NCBI GenBank assembly: GCA_001542995.1
Contig: LFLA01000021.1
Span: 324,875-388,874 of the forward strand
DNA: 64,000 bases
Source: Nitrospina sp. LS_NOB
Lineage (GTDB): Bacteria > Nitrospinota > Nitrospinia > Nitrospinales > VA-1
Reading direction: 5' to 3'
Shown: piece after piece, positions 26,099 to 37,367 of the stretch
Position numbering within the stretch: the first letter of the stretch is position 1
Layout: the number at the start of each line of letters is the position of its first letter
Made by a program: the position numbers and the translations under genes
The notes under the pieces: generated by a model
Databases searched by the model: none
The model's input: only the letters and a program-made list of their open reading frames with translations
What the model was told of the DNA's origin: nothing

Positions 26099-27052
26099 TT
26101 ACGATCCGTTTTTCAGGATCGCGTCTATTTCATCGCAGGTTTTCTTCACATCCCGTGCCGACGCATCGAGAGCGGCTTGTTCTTCATCGGTCATTTTAAG
26201 CTCAATGACTTTTTCGATGCCGTGGATGCCCATCATGACGGGAACGCCGAAGAAAATTTCGCTCCAGCCATATTCGCCTTCCAAATAAGCGGTGCAGGGG
26301 AGGATGCGGCGTTTGTCCTGCAAGATCGCTTCAATCATTTTCACCACCGAAGCACCAGGCGCGTAAAAGGCGCTACCGGTTTTAAGCAGTGCGACAATTT
26401 CCGCCCCGCCTTTTCGGGTGCGTTCCACCACCCGGTCGATCTGTTCCTGGGTCATCAGTTCGGTGATCGAGATGCCCGACACAGAAGTGTAACGGGGCAA
26501 TGGGACCATGGAGTCGCCATGCCCGCCAAGGACCATCGCATCCACATCCACCAGTGAGCAGCCCAGCTCCAGCGAAACGAAGGTTCGCAACCGGGCCGAG
26601 TCGAGCACGCCGGCCATGCCGATGATTTTGTTCTTGGGCAGGTTGCCGGTTTTCTTGGCCATGTACACCATCGCGTCAAGCGGGTTCGACACCACGATGA
26701 CAATCGGGTCGCGCGAATGCTCCATGATCTGCTCGGTCACCGATTGCACAATTTTCGCATTGGTGGCGAGAAGGTCTTCGCGGCTCATGCCCGGCTTGCG
26801 CGGCAGCCCTGCTGTGATCACCACGATATCGGAATTGGCCGTGTCTTTATAGTCGTTGGTTCCTGTCACCAGACTATCGAAAACCTGCAGACAACTTGAC
26901 TCCTGCAAATCCAGAGCTTTTCCCTGCGGGATTCCCTCAACAATATCGATGATCACCACATCGCCGAGGTTTTTATAAGCGGTTAACTGGGCAACAGTGG
27001 ACCCAACCTGACCCGCCCCAACGACCGTGATTTTTTTTCTTGCGCTTGACAT
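26099..27052 (-). CDS. mdh: malate dehydrogenase (LDH-like family)
   Basis: [49 protein letters not shown] 27052 with GAGGAA upstream is preferred to track start 27076. Confidence 0.92.
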   Translation of the reverse strand: MSSARKKITVVGAGQVGSTVAQLTAYKNLGDVVIIDIVEGIPQGKALDLQESSCLQVFDSLVTGTNDYKDTANSDIVVITAGLPRKPGMSREDLLATNAKIVQSVTEQIMEHSRDPIVIVVSNPLDAMVYMAKKTGNLPKNKIIGMAGVLDSARLRTFVSLELGCSLVDVDAMVLGGHGDSMVPLPRYTSVSGISITELMTQEQIDRVVERTRKGGAEIVALLKTGSAFYAPGASVVKMIEAILQDKRRILPCTAYLEGEYGWSEIFFGVPVMMGIHGIEKVIELKMTDEEQAALDASARDVKKTCDEIDAILKNGS

Positions 27053-27117
27053 AGCAGTTCCTCTACATGAAGGCAAACCTGAACCCGGTTTGACCTGTTA
27101 TTAGCCAGCGGAAGCTC

Positions 27118-29376
<2,259 letters not shown>

Positions 29377-29625
29377 TTAATTATGTTTAGTTAATGAATA
29401 ACAAAAATTATTAAATCTCGAATGACAGAGATAACAGGTAAGCGCAACATAAAATGTCTGTTAGAAGAACGGTTTAAGCTAAATTATTACCCCCTTCTTG
29501 TCAAGCAATTTTGGTCGGACAATTTCCCACAAAAACACTGAAAAAAGGCACACAAGGCAGCACAAGCAAAACGGTCCAGGAAGCCTTTATATTTAATAGG
29601 ACCAAAAACAACAATGCTTAAAATT

Positions 29626-29634
29626 TGATATAAT
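29626..29634 (+). promoter_or_regulatory. extended -10 element TGaTATAAT upstream of glnD
   Basis: tttGaTATAAT: TG 29626-27, TATAAT 29629-34. It overlaps the TTG track start 29634, arguing for ATG 29676. Confidence 0.4.
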
Positions 29635-29675
29635 TGTCTTATTCTTCAAATCATCTTCCTGCTGATTTTCCCTCT

Positions 29676-32366
29676 ATGGACAATTCTGAAAAACACTATC
29701 GACTGGCGATTGATTTCAGCCCGGTGCAGAATATCCCTGCCGATCCCAAGCAGCGACTGCCCTATTTTCAGACCTTTAAACAATTATTGAAGGATGAGAA
29801 GGCCAAGATCAAAAACTGGCATCGCTCGGGAACCGGCGGACGCGAAATCATCCAGGCCCACACCAGCCTGGTCGATGAGGTCATCCGGCACGTCCTTCTT
29901 TCCATGACACAGCTTGAGGTTTATGCCGACGCCCGGGTTCTGGAAGGGTTCTCCCTCATCGCGGTGGGGGGCTATGGACGGGGAGAACTCAATCCGCTTT
30001 CGGATATTGATTTATTGTTTCTTCTTTCCAAAAAAACCAAGCCTCTCACAAAAACATTTATTCAGGACGCGCTGTCGGTTATTTGGGGATTCGACATGGA
30101 AATCAGTCACAGCTCCCGCACCATTAAAGACTGTATAAAACTTTCCCGGGAGGATGTGACCATCAAAACCTCCATGATCGAAACCCGGTTCCTCATTGGC
30201 AACCGAACCACTTATGATAAGTTTTACAACTCCATCCATAAAAATGTTTTGCAAAAACATGTGAAACAGTTTTTGAACTCCAAATTGAAAGAAACATACA
30301 CCCGCTACGGACAGGAGGACGGCGTGGTGTGCCACCCGGAGCCGGATATAAAAAACGGGCCGGGAGGATTGCGCGACTACCATAGCGCCCTGTGGGCCAC
30401 CGCCGTGCGCTATGGATGTCATTCGCTTCGCGAAATTAATGAGACCCACGTGCTTTCCCGGGAAGAAATTGAGTCGCTCTACCATTCTGTCGATTTTTCA
30501 CTGCGCGTCCGGAATGAACTGCATTACCTGACCGAAAGAAAAACCAATGTCCTGACTTTCGACGTCCAGAAACAACTGGCCGCCAATCTTGGATACAGGT
30601 CTTCCACCCACGGGCAACCCGTTGAAGAGTTCATGCGCGACTATTATCTGCACGCCACCAATATCTATAATTTTTCGCAAAACCTTTTTGAGCATTGCCG
30701 ACAAACCAAAAGATCGCTCAAAAAAGTAATCTCTTCATTAACTAAAAAATCCGTAGGGAGTGGATTCCATATTTCAGATTCCTCCCTGATTTATGACGGC
30801 GATGCGAAAGAGGATTTTAAAAAAGATAAATCGCTTTTATTGATTGCGTTAGAGCTTTGCAGAAAACATCAAGTCGCGCCGGATTACAAGCTTCAGCGGC
30901 AAATGCGGCTGAGCAAAAATCTCATTAGCCCGCAATTCATGAAGGGAGAAGAGACTCGGGATTTCCTGTTTTCCATTCTGAAAGACAAAGGCGCTGAAAA
31001 AATCCTGCGGCTGATGCATGAAACACACATTCTGGAACAGATTCTTCCGGAATTCGGGCTGGCACACTGCAAGGTGAATCATGATTTCTATCATCATTAC
31101 ACTGCCGATGAACATTCCCTGCGCATCATCCGCTTTCTCGATGAACTGGCCATTACCGGCATCACCAATCCCACCGACCTGTCCGCCTTGTATCAGGATT
31201 ACTTTCGGAAGGGGGTTCTCAAGTTATCAGCCCTTCTGCAATCGGTAGGAGAAATGCGCGAGGGTGAACAGGGCGAATTTTTAAAATCCATGACCGAAAG
31301 ACTGAACCTGGAAGAGGCGGATGTGCAAATCCTGCTTTTTCTTCTCGCTAATCCTTACACCATGATCGAAACGGCCTTGCATCAGGATATCCACCAGCCA
31401 GGGGTGATCCGGAAATTCGCCAAAACCTTGGTGAACGCAGAGAGGTTAAAGGGACTCTACCTCCTCAGTTATGCCGAGTTGCGGGCGGTGGCACCGGGAA
31501 CCCTGACCGCCTGGAAAAAAATATTGCTCTCGGAGTTATATGAAAGAACCTTGAAGTATCTGGAAGACCCAGGTTCTCTGGAACAACAGCCCCGGGCCAC
31601 CCGAGTGGGGGTATTCAAAGCCCTGCATCGGGAACTGCCCGTGAACGATATCGAAAAGCACCTTCGCCAGATGCCGGAAGATTATTTGATGACAGTATCC
31701 TCTGAAGAGGTGGCGCTTCATATCCGCCTCATCCGATCTTTTAAGGATAAACTGTTTGTTCTGCATCACCAGTTCCATGAAGCAGGCAACTACCATAACT
31801 TAACCCTGTGTTGCCCTACCGGCATTGAATCGTTCAAAAAACTGGTGGGAACCGTCACCGCCAAAAGCCTGAACATTCTCGGTGCACAAATCTATCTCAA
31901 ACAGGATGGCATCGTGATTGTCACCATACAGGTCGAAGCAGGTGCCAACGCCACAGCCGATGACCTCGAAATCTGGAAAGATATTAAAAATACTCTGGGC
32001 CAGTTGTTTGCAGGGGAAACCAGTTTGCAGAAAATGTTGAAATACCGAACCCGTTACGCCGACGAGCAGAAAAAGGTGGCGATGGTCCCGAGAGTGCATG
32101 TTGAAAAAACGGTGGATAATCCGTTCACAGTAATCCGGATTGAAGCCCGAGACCATATCGGCATGCTCTACAAAGTTGCCACCATCTTTGCCGATTTTGG
32201 CATTCGCATTCACCGGGCCAAAATTTCCACCCAGGGCGATCGGGCCATCGATGTTTTTTACGTGTCTCTGAAAAGTCCGAATTTTGACCTCAATAAGGTG
32301 ATCCTCCGGTTCAAGGAACATATGGTCCAGACCTTGATGATCGAAAAACTGGAAAACATCCGCTAG
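29676..32366 (+). CDS. glnD: [protein-PII] uridylyltransferase/uridylyl-removing enzyme
   Basis: NTase motif GGYGRGELNPLSDIDLLFL, HD domain HDFYHHYTADEHSL, two C-terminal ACT-like domains (TVIRIEARDHIGMLYKVATIFADFG). Start uncertain (TTG 29634 vs ATG 29676). Stop TAG within a CTAG. Confidence 0.88.
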   Translation: MDNSEKHYRLAIDFSPVQNIPADPKQRLPYFQTFKQLLKDEKAKIKNWHRSGTGGREIIQAHTSLVDEVIRHVLLSMTQLEVYADARVLEGFSLIAVGGYGRGELNPLSDIDLLFLLSKKTKPLTKTFIQDALSVIWGFDMEISHSSRTIKDCIKLSREDVTIKTSMIETRFLIGNRTTYDKFYNSIHKNVLQKHVKQFLNSKLKETYTRYGQEDGVVCHPEPDIKNGPGGLRDYHSALWATAVRYGCHSLREINETHVLSREEIESLYHSVDFSLRVRNELHYLTERKTNVLTFDVQKQLAANLGYRSSTHGQPVEEFMRDYYLHATNIYNFSQNLFEHCRQTKRSLKKVISSLTKKSVGSGFHISDSSLIYDGDAKEDFKKDKSLLLIALELCRKHQVAPDYKLQRQMRLSKNLISPQFMKGEETRDFLFSILKDKGAEKILRLMHETHILEQILPEFGLAHCKVNHDFYHHYTADEHSLRIIRFLDELAITGITNPTDLSALYQDYFRKGVLKLSALLQSVGEMREGEQGEFLKSMTERLNLEEADVQILLFLLANPYTMIETALHQDIHQPGVIRKFAKTLVNAERLKGLYLLSYAELRAVAPGTLTAWKKILLSELYERTLKYLEDPGSLEQQPRATRVGVFKALHRELPVNDIEKHLRQMPEDYLMTVSSEEVALHIRLIRSFKDKLFVLHHQFHEAGNYHNLTLCCPTGIESFKKLVGTVTAKSLNILGAQIYLKQDGIVIVTIQVEAGANATADDLEIWKDIKNTLGQLFAGETSLQKMLKYRTRYADEQKKVAMVPRVHVEKTVDNPFTVIRIEARDHIGMLYKVATIFADFGIRIHRAKISTQGDRAIDVFYVSLKSPNFDLNKVILRFKEHMVQTLMIEKLENIR

Positions 32367-32660
32367 GCGCGGGGCCAGTAGCCGTGATATTTCTCCTTAG
32401 TTTTCGTGCCCCGAAGGGGTAAATGGCTTTATCTGCTAGCAAAGAATTATCTCGGCTTAAAAAGGTTTTGCGATTTCCATCCCTCCCTATGAGAGACCTT
32501 TGCGTAAGTCGATAAAGCAGAAAAGCGAGATGCTTCGACAAGCTCAGCATGACAATAAAGGGCTGTTTTGTCATTCTGAGGAACAACGTGACGAAGAATC
32601 TCGGGGTTATGCAAAGGTCTCTCCCTATGAAGGGAGGGTTGGTTTATTTCAAAGAAGGCT
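32363..32660. repeat. intergenic repeat cluster downstream of glnD
   Basis: CTAGgcgcggggc..., R1 unit 32384..32421, R5 copy 32436..32460 (CTAGcaaagaattatctcggcttaa), MITE-like copy 32491..32623, ccctatgaagggagggttgg. Confidence 0.75.
32491..32623 (-). mobile_element. MITE-like element, copy 2 (inverted relative to 25781..25912)
   Basis: Its reverse complement matches copy 1 end to end, except a central about 15-nt patch and isolated substitutions. Same TIRs (gagagacctttgcgtaag ... ttatgcaaaggtctctc). Confidence 0.5.
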
Positions 32661-32699
32661 GAGGCGATTTACATTTTAAGCAAGCGAAAAAAGCCGGGC

Positions 32700-33035
32700 T
32701 TGATTTTTCTTTTATGTGTCCTCATTGTGGGGTTTTTCCTGCCCAGCGCCTTCGCAGAGCCTGTCGACTCAGAAACCGGCCGGGATATTTTCTACAAACA
32801 TTGCAAAGCCTGCCACGGCGGTAAAGGTGACGGCAAAACTTTCGCCGCGAATGTGTTGAATCCAACGCCCAAAAATTTCACCCATGAAGAATCGAAAAAA
32901 GAACTGACCGAAAAACGGATGATTGAATCCGTCACAAAAGGAAGGAAAGGCACCGCCATGATGCCGTGGGAATCGAACCTCACGAAAGATGAAATCAGCG
33001 CCGTTGTAAGTTACATCAGAAAAGTTCTGATGTGA
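32700..33035 (+). CDS. class I c-type cytochrome (monohaem, secreted)
   Basis: Signal peptide IFLLCVLIVGFFLPSAFA, haem site CKACHG, distal GTAMMPW. TTG start, RBS weak. Confidence 0.75.
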   Translation: MIFLLCVLIVGFFLPSAFAEPVDSETGRDIFYKHCKACHGGKGDGKTFAANVLNPTPKNFTHEESKKELTEKRMIESVTKGRKGTAMMPWESNLTKDEISAVVSYIRKVLM

Positions 33036-33453
33036 GAAAACTTCCTACAGACAAAAAGTGATTTTCATCACTTAAAGTTCCATAATTAATTTTACAGTTA
33101 TTGTCCCTTGCAATACGCCAATCATGCCTAATATTCCAATTTAGTTGAGATTTTGAGTAACGGTAGCCCGCCTTATTTGATTCTAAAAGAACGAGATAAT
33201 AATTATTCAGTGAACCATTTAATCTATCTAAAATATTCATGTCCACCCCCAAAAACGGTTTTTTTGATCGACTAATTTTAATTATCAGGAATTTCCAATC
33301 ATCATCTTTTTCTAAGACAAAATAATTTTCTCTCCTAAAAATACGCAGAGGAAGCAAATTTGTTCCAACCGCATCGTTAAACTGTATTTGCGTTAGCTTG
33401 CGAACAGAAGTTGCATTTATCTTACTTGTGAAAGTTTCTATTTCAGGTTCCAT
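33016..33453 (-). CDS. hypothetical protein (AT-rich orphan)
   Basis: 145-aa ORF, strongly AT-rich, no motif I can assign. Its 3' end overlaps the cytochrome c gene by 20 nt, convergently. Sits beside higBA. Confidence 0.4.
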   Translation of the reverse strand: MEPEIETFTSKINATSVRKLTQIQFNDAVGTNLLPLRIFRRENYFVLEKDDDWKFLIIKISRSKKPFLGVDMNILDRLNGSLNNYYLVLLESNKAGYRYSKSQLNWNIRHDWRIARDNNCKINYGTLSDENHFLSVGSFLTSELF

Positions 33454-33508
33454 AGGGATTCCAAGTTTTTGGGAATAATCCGTATTAACTCAGTAGGTGA
33501 TAAAAGGA

Positions 33509-33814
33509 TTAAACCATGTTTTGCGGCAGGGGGCGGATATTTTTCTCCAGCGTGGGCCAATCATCTCGCCTGGCAAGCTTGAGGTCGTAGCGAGACTGCA
33601 AATTCATCCAGAATTCGGCAGTGGTTTTAAAGTATTTTCCCAGTCGCAAAGCACTATTGGCCGTGATACCGCGTCGAGCATGAACGATATCGTTGATACG
33701 CGCTACAGGGACATCAATATCCCTTGCGAGTTTGTTCTGGCTGATCCCAAACGGCAACATAAACTCTTCCAGTAGAATTTCTCCCGGCGTGACTGGCTCC
33801 AATTTTTTTCTCAT
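33509..33814 (-). CDS. higA: HigA-family antitoxin (XRE HTH)
   Basis: PVTPGEILLEEFMLPFGISQNKLARDIDVPVARINDIVHARRGITANSALRLGKYFKTTAEFWMNLQ. Confidence 0.85.
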   Translation of the reverse strand: MRKKLEPVTPGEILLEEFMLPFGISQNKLARDIDVPVARINDIVHARRGITANSALRLGKYFKTTAEFWMNLQSRYDLKLARRDDWPTLEKNIRPLPQNMV

Positions 33815-33830
33815 AATTCCGTTGCTCTAT

Positions 33831-34109
33831 TTAATGATAATCAATGATTTCCACATCATAGGCATGTTTGTCCTTCCATTTGAAACAAACCCGCCATCTA
33901 TCGTTGATGCGGATACTATACTGGCCTTTTCGGTTTCCCTTTAAAGCTTCTAATCTGTTACCCGGCGGTTGCCGCAAATCATCAAGTTCTGTAGCAGCTT
34001 CAAGCATTTCCAGTTTTCTCCGGGCAACCCTTTCAATACTTCTAAAACGGGAAACCAGTTCGTCCTGAAACAGATTTTCCGTGTCTTTACAGCGAAAACC
34101 TTTAATCAT
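33831..34109 (-). CDS. higB: HigB-family (RelE/ParE superfamily) toxin
   Basis: MIKGFRCKDTENLFQ...LDDLRQPPGNRLEALKGNRKGQYSIRINDRWRVCFKW...VEIIDYH. Toxin-first order typical of higBA. Confidence 0.85.
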   Translation of the reverse strand: MIKGFRCKDTENLFQDELVSRFRSIERVARRKLEMLEAATELDDLRQPPGNRLEALKGNRKGQYSIRINDRWRVCFKWKDKHAYDVEIIDYH

Positions 34110-34207
34110 CCCCTATAGTATTCTGAAATAAGGAATACGTCAACAGGAATTCTTTAACCAGTACATCCTTCTATAGCATTTACCAGCCTACGGACTCCTT
34201 GGAGAGT

Positions 34208-34516
34208 CTACTTCTTCATCTCTTTTCCCAGTTTGTTTTCGATGGAAGCGATTTTGGATTCCAGCCTGCCCGATTTACCCTCCCTATAGTCAATCTTGAT
34301 GCCGCAGGTGATGCGTTTGCAATCCTTCTTCATCATCTCGTAACATTGTTTGACAACATCCATAACGTCATCGAACTCGCCTTCCAGCACCGTTCCCATC
34401 GGATTCAACCGATACGGCACACCGCTATCGTCAATAATTTTAAGGGAACGGCTAACCTGTTCGCTGACGCTCTCTCCTTTATCCATGGGGCTCATGCTGA
34501 ACTCAAGTAGTACCAT
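34208..34516 (-). CDS. MTH1187/YkoF-family (DUF77) small ligand-binding protein
   Basis: MVLLEFSMSPMDKGESVSEQVSRSLKIIDDSGVPYRLNPMGTVLEGEFDDVMDVVKQC. ATG 34516 with GAGGA 8 nt upstream is preferred to GTG 34537. Confidence 0.8.
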   Translation of the reverse strand: MVLLEFSMSPMDKGESVSEQVSRSLKIIDDSGVPYRLNPMGTVLEGEFDDVMDVVKQCYEMMKKDCKRITCGIKIDYREGKSGRLESKIASIENKLGKEMKK

Positions 34517-34540
34517 ATTTATGTCCTCAAAATTCACTAG

Positions 34541-34655
34541 GCGGAGTACCTCCGCTGGTAATTTGCAATTTCTTTATTTCGCGGGCAAACGTTCTCTCGG
34601 CCCAACGAGTCATTGCGAGTTGGCCCCACGCCGAGTGGGAATTTATTACTTGCAT
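34541..34655. repeat. intergenic repeat modules (ggcggagtacctccgc hairpin; ctctcggcc; cattgcgagttggccccacgccgagtggg)
   Basis: Hairpin ggcggag-tac-ctccgc recurs as gcggaggttctccgc at 43276 and 43382. The ggccccacgccgagtggg module recurs at 17470. Confidence 0.55.
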
Positions 34656-34674
34656 TTTAGGGCTGAAATGTGAA

Positions 34675-35814
34675 ATGATCAACCATCCCGCTCAGGCAAT
34701 TTCGGGAAATCCAAGTAAAGGCGGTATTTGTTTTTTGTCCCAGTTAGATGATCTGCGCCAGCAGATTGACAGAATTGACGACCAGCTGGTAAAGCTGATC
34801 AGTCGCCGTGGCCAATTGGCCCGGAAAATCGGCGATGAGAAGTCCCGTCAGGGGAAGACGAACCACTTCCACGTCCCCCAACGCGAACGGGCGATCCTTG
34901 AACGGTTGAGGGAGCTGAACAAGGGCCCTTTCCCCAACTCTTCCATCGAATCCATTTTTCGCGAACTGTTCTCCGCCACGCTCGCTTTAGAAAAGCCTTT
35001 GAAGATTGCTTTTCTCGGGCCAGAAACCACCTTCAGCCATCAGGCAGCAGTACGGCATTTTGGCCATTCCTGCACCTTCAATCCTTGCGGAAATATTGAA
35101 ACTGTTTTTTCGGAAATCGAGCTGGGCAACTCCGATTACGGAGTCGTGCCGATAGAAAATTCCATTGAAGGGGTTATCAACCTGACCCTCGACTGCTTTG
35201 TCGATTCTCCTCTTTATATTTGCAGTGAGACCCGACTGCCCATCGGGCTTTTTCTTTTATCCACAGTCGCCGACCGAAAAAAGATCAAGAAAATCTATTC
35301 ACATCCCCAGCCTTTTGCGCAGTGCAGAAACTGGCTGAACAGTAACCTGCCTGGTGTTGAGCAGGTTCCCGCTTCCAGCACGGCCCAGGCGGCGCAACTG
35401 GCCAAACAAAATAAAAACACGGCCGCCATCGCCGGGGAACTTGCCGCCGAGGTCTATGGATTAAAAACTGTCGCGAAAAATATTCAGGATCGGGCCGAAA
35501 ACCACACCCGGTTTCTGGTCATCTCCAAAGACAAGGCTAAAAGAACCAAGAAGAATAAAACATCGCTCATGTTTTCCATCGCCGACGAATCCGGGTCTTT
35601 GCTCAAAACCTTGCAGTTGTTTGCCAAAAACAAAATCAGTCTATCGAAAATACAATCGCGGCCTCTGCGCAATCGGCCTTGGGAATACTTGTTCTATGTC
35701 GATTTCATCGGCCACGTTGAAGATAAAACGGTCGAACGCGTTTTAAAAACATTGGGCAAACAGACTCTGTTTTTGCGGGTACTGGGCTCTTATCCCGAAC
35801 AGGGGCAACCGTGA
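34675..35814 (+). CDS. pheA: bifunctional chorismate mutase / prephenate dehydratase
   Basis: CM helix LRQQIDRIDDQLVKLISRRGQLARKIG. PDT domain IAFLGPETTFSHQAA. C-terminal ACT TSLMFSIADESGSLLKTLQLFA. Confidence 0.9.
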   Translation: MINHPAQAISGNPSKGGICFLSQLDDLRQQIDRIDDQLVKLISRRGQLARKIGDEKSRQGKTNHFHVPQRERAILERLRELNKGPFPNSSIESIFRELFSATLALEKPLKIAFLGPETTFSHQAAVRHFGHSCTFNPCGNIETVFSEIELGNSDYGVVPIENSIEGVINLTLDCFVDSPLYICSETRLPIGLFLLSTVADRKKIKKIYSHPQPFAQCRNWLNSNLPGVEQVPASSTAQAAQLAKQNKNTAAIAGELAAEVYGLKTVAKNIQDRAENHTRFLVISKDKAKRTKKNKTSLMFSIADESGSLLKTLQLFAKNKISLSKIQSRPLRNRPWEYLFYVDFIGHVEDKTVERVLKTLGKQTLFLRVLGSYPEQGQP

Positions 35815-36674
35815 AGCTTTTTGGAAAAATGACGGTGATCGGTGTTGGCCTGCTTGGGGCCTCTTTGGCCAAGGCCTGCAAAGAGCGCGGCCTTGTGGAA
35901 GAGATTTCGGGATATGGCAGGAACCGTGAGAACCTGGAAAAAGCTAAGGATTTAAAAATCATCGATCACTGCCCCGCTGATTTGGGTGCGGCGGTCAGCG
36001 GTGCCGACCTGATCGTGTTGTGCACACCGGTTTCAACCCTCGTTCCCTTGATGCAAAACCTGGCCTCCGAGGTTCGGCCTGGCACGCTGATCACTGATGT
36101 CGGCTCGGTGAAAGAGCCCATCGTCAAGGGCATAGACAAACTGGTTCCTAAAGGCGTTTTTTTTGTCGGGTCGCACCCGATCGCCGGAGGGGAAAACTCC
36201 GGACTGGAAGCTTCCACCGCAGATTTATACCAAGACGCAAAATGCATCGTGACCCCAACAGACACCACCGATAAAAAAGCTGTGGAAAAAATCAGCGCCC
36301 TCTGGCAAGCGGTCGGCATGAAGGTCGTCAGCTTATCAGCAGAAGAACATGATTTTATTTTTGGCGCGGTGAGCCATTTGCCTCACATCGTGGCTTACGC
36401 CCTGATGAACACTCTTGGCGCCTTGAGAACCCCCAATGGTTGTGAAGTCACCGCCTATTCAGGGGCTGGACTAAGAGACATCACCCGAATTGCTTCCAGC
36501 GACCCGGTTATGTGGCGGGATATCTGTCTTTCCAATCGCAACCATTCGCTGGATCTGATCGACCGGTTCCAGAACAAACTGGAAGAAATTCGCAGTACCA
36601 TCGAAAGAGGCGACGGACAGGAATTAAAAAAAGAATTTATAGCCGCGAACAAATACCGGCTGAATGTGATTTGA
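35811..36674 (+). CDS. tyrA: prephenate (arogenate) dehydrogenase
   Basis: Rossmann VIGVGLLGASLA, catalytic GSHPIAG. GTG start overlaps the pheA stop (GTGA). Confidence 0.85.
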   Translation: MKLFGKMTVIGVGLLGASLAKACKERGLVEEISGYGRNRENLEKAKDLKIIDHCPADLGAAVSGADLIVLCTPVSTLVPLMQNLASEVRPGTLITDVGSVKEPIVKGIDKLVPKGVFFVGSHPIAGGENSGLEASTADLYQDAKCIVTPTDTTDKKAVEKISALWQAVGMKVVSLSAEEHDFIFGAVSHLPHIVAYALMNTLGALRTPNGCEVTAYSGAGLRDITRIASSDPVMWRDICLSNRNHSLDLIDRFQNKLEEIRSTIERGDGQELKKEFIAANKYRLNVI

Positions 36675-36678
36675 TCGA

Positions 36679-37335
36679 ATGATTATCGCAATAGACGGGC
36701 CCGCCGGCAGTGGCAAAAGCACGGTCGCCAAGTTGGTCGCTAAACGGCTGAACTACCGGTACATCGACACCGGTGCCATGTATCGGGCCGTGGCTTGGAC
36801 CGCCCAGAAAAAAGGCCTGGATCTTACCGATGAATCAGTTATGACCAAGATCGCCTTGAGCCTGAATATTGAATTCGTTCCTGGCGCTGAAGGGCAATCA
36901 GTATTGGTGGAGGGTGAAAATGTCACCACCCTTTTGAAAAATGAAACGGTGGGACGGGGAGCCGCAACAGTTGCGGCGCAAAAGTTTGTTCGCGAAGTCC
37001 TGGTAGCCCGGCAACGTCAGATCGGGGAGACCGGCAATGTTGTCATGGATGGACGCGACATTGGAACGGTCGTATTCCCCCAGGCCGATAAAAAATTTTT
37101 TTTCGTTGCCGACGCGGAAGAACGCGGACGACGGAGGTATGAAGAACTGAAATCTAAAAACCCGGGTTTGGATTTGAAAACCATTATTGAAGAAATTCGG
37201 CAACGTGACCATGAAGACCGCAACCGAAAAATTTCTCCACTGGTCAAAGCAGACGATGCCCTGGAAGTTGATACTACTCGATTAAGTATTGAAGAAGTCA
37301 CCGATCATATTTTTAAAAATATAAATAACCTTTAA
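36679..37335 (+). CDS. cmk: cytidylate kinase
   Basis: IIAIDGPAGSGKSTVAKLVAKRLNYRYIDTGAMYRAV. Confidence 0.93.
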   Translation: MIIAIDGPAGSGKSTVAKLVAKRLNYRYIDTGAMYRAVAWTAQKKGLDLTDESVMTKIALSLNIEFVPGAEGQSVLVEGENVTTLLKNETVGRGAATVAAQKFVREVLVARQRQIGETGNVVMDGRDIGTVVFPQADKKFFFVADAEERGRRRYEELKSKNPGLDLKTIIEEIRQRDHEDRNRKISPLVKADDALEVDTTRLSIEEVTDHIFKNINNL

Positions 37336-37367
37336 ACATCCCAGGAGAAAGTGAGAATCAGGAGGTC

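Noticed and set aside
25730-26557. 275-aa plus-strand track ORF
   Set aside because: Its first half is a read-through of the intergenic repeat cluster (low-complexity, repeat-derived peptides). Its second half is antisense to the well-supported mdh gene.
34517-34674. TPP riboswitch upstream of the YkoF/MTH1187-like gene
   Set aside because: The region lacks the CUGAGA / ACCUGAUCUGGAUAAUGCCAGCG-type core. It consists instead of modules that recur elsewhere: the ggcggagNNNctccgc hairpin and the ggccccacgccgagtggg module.
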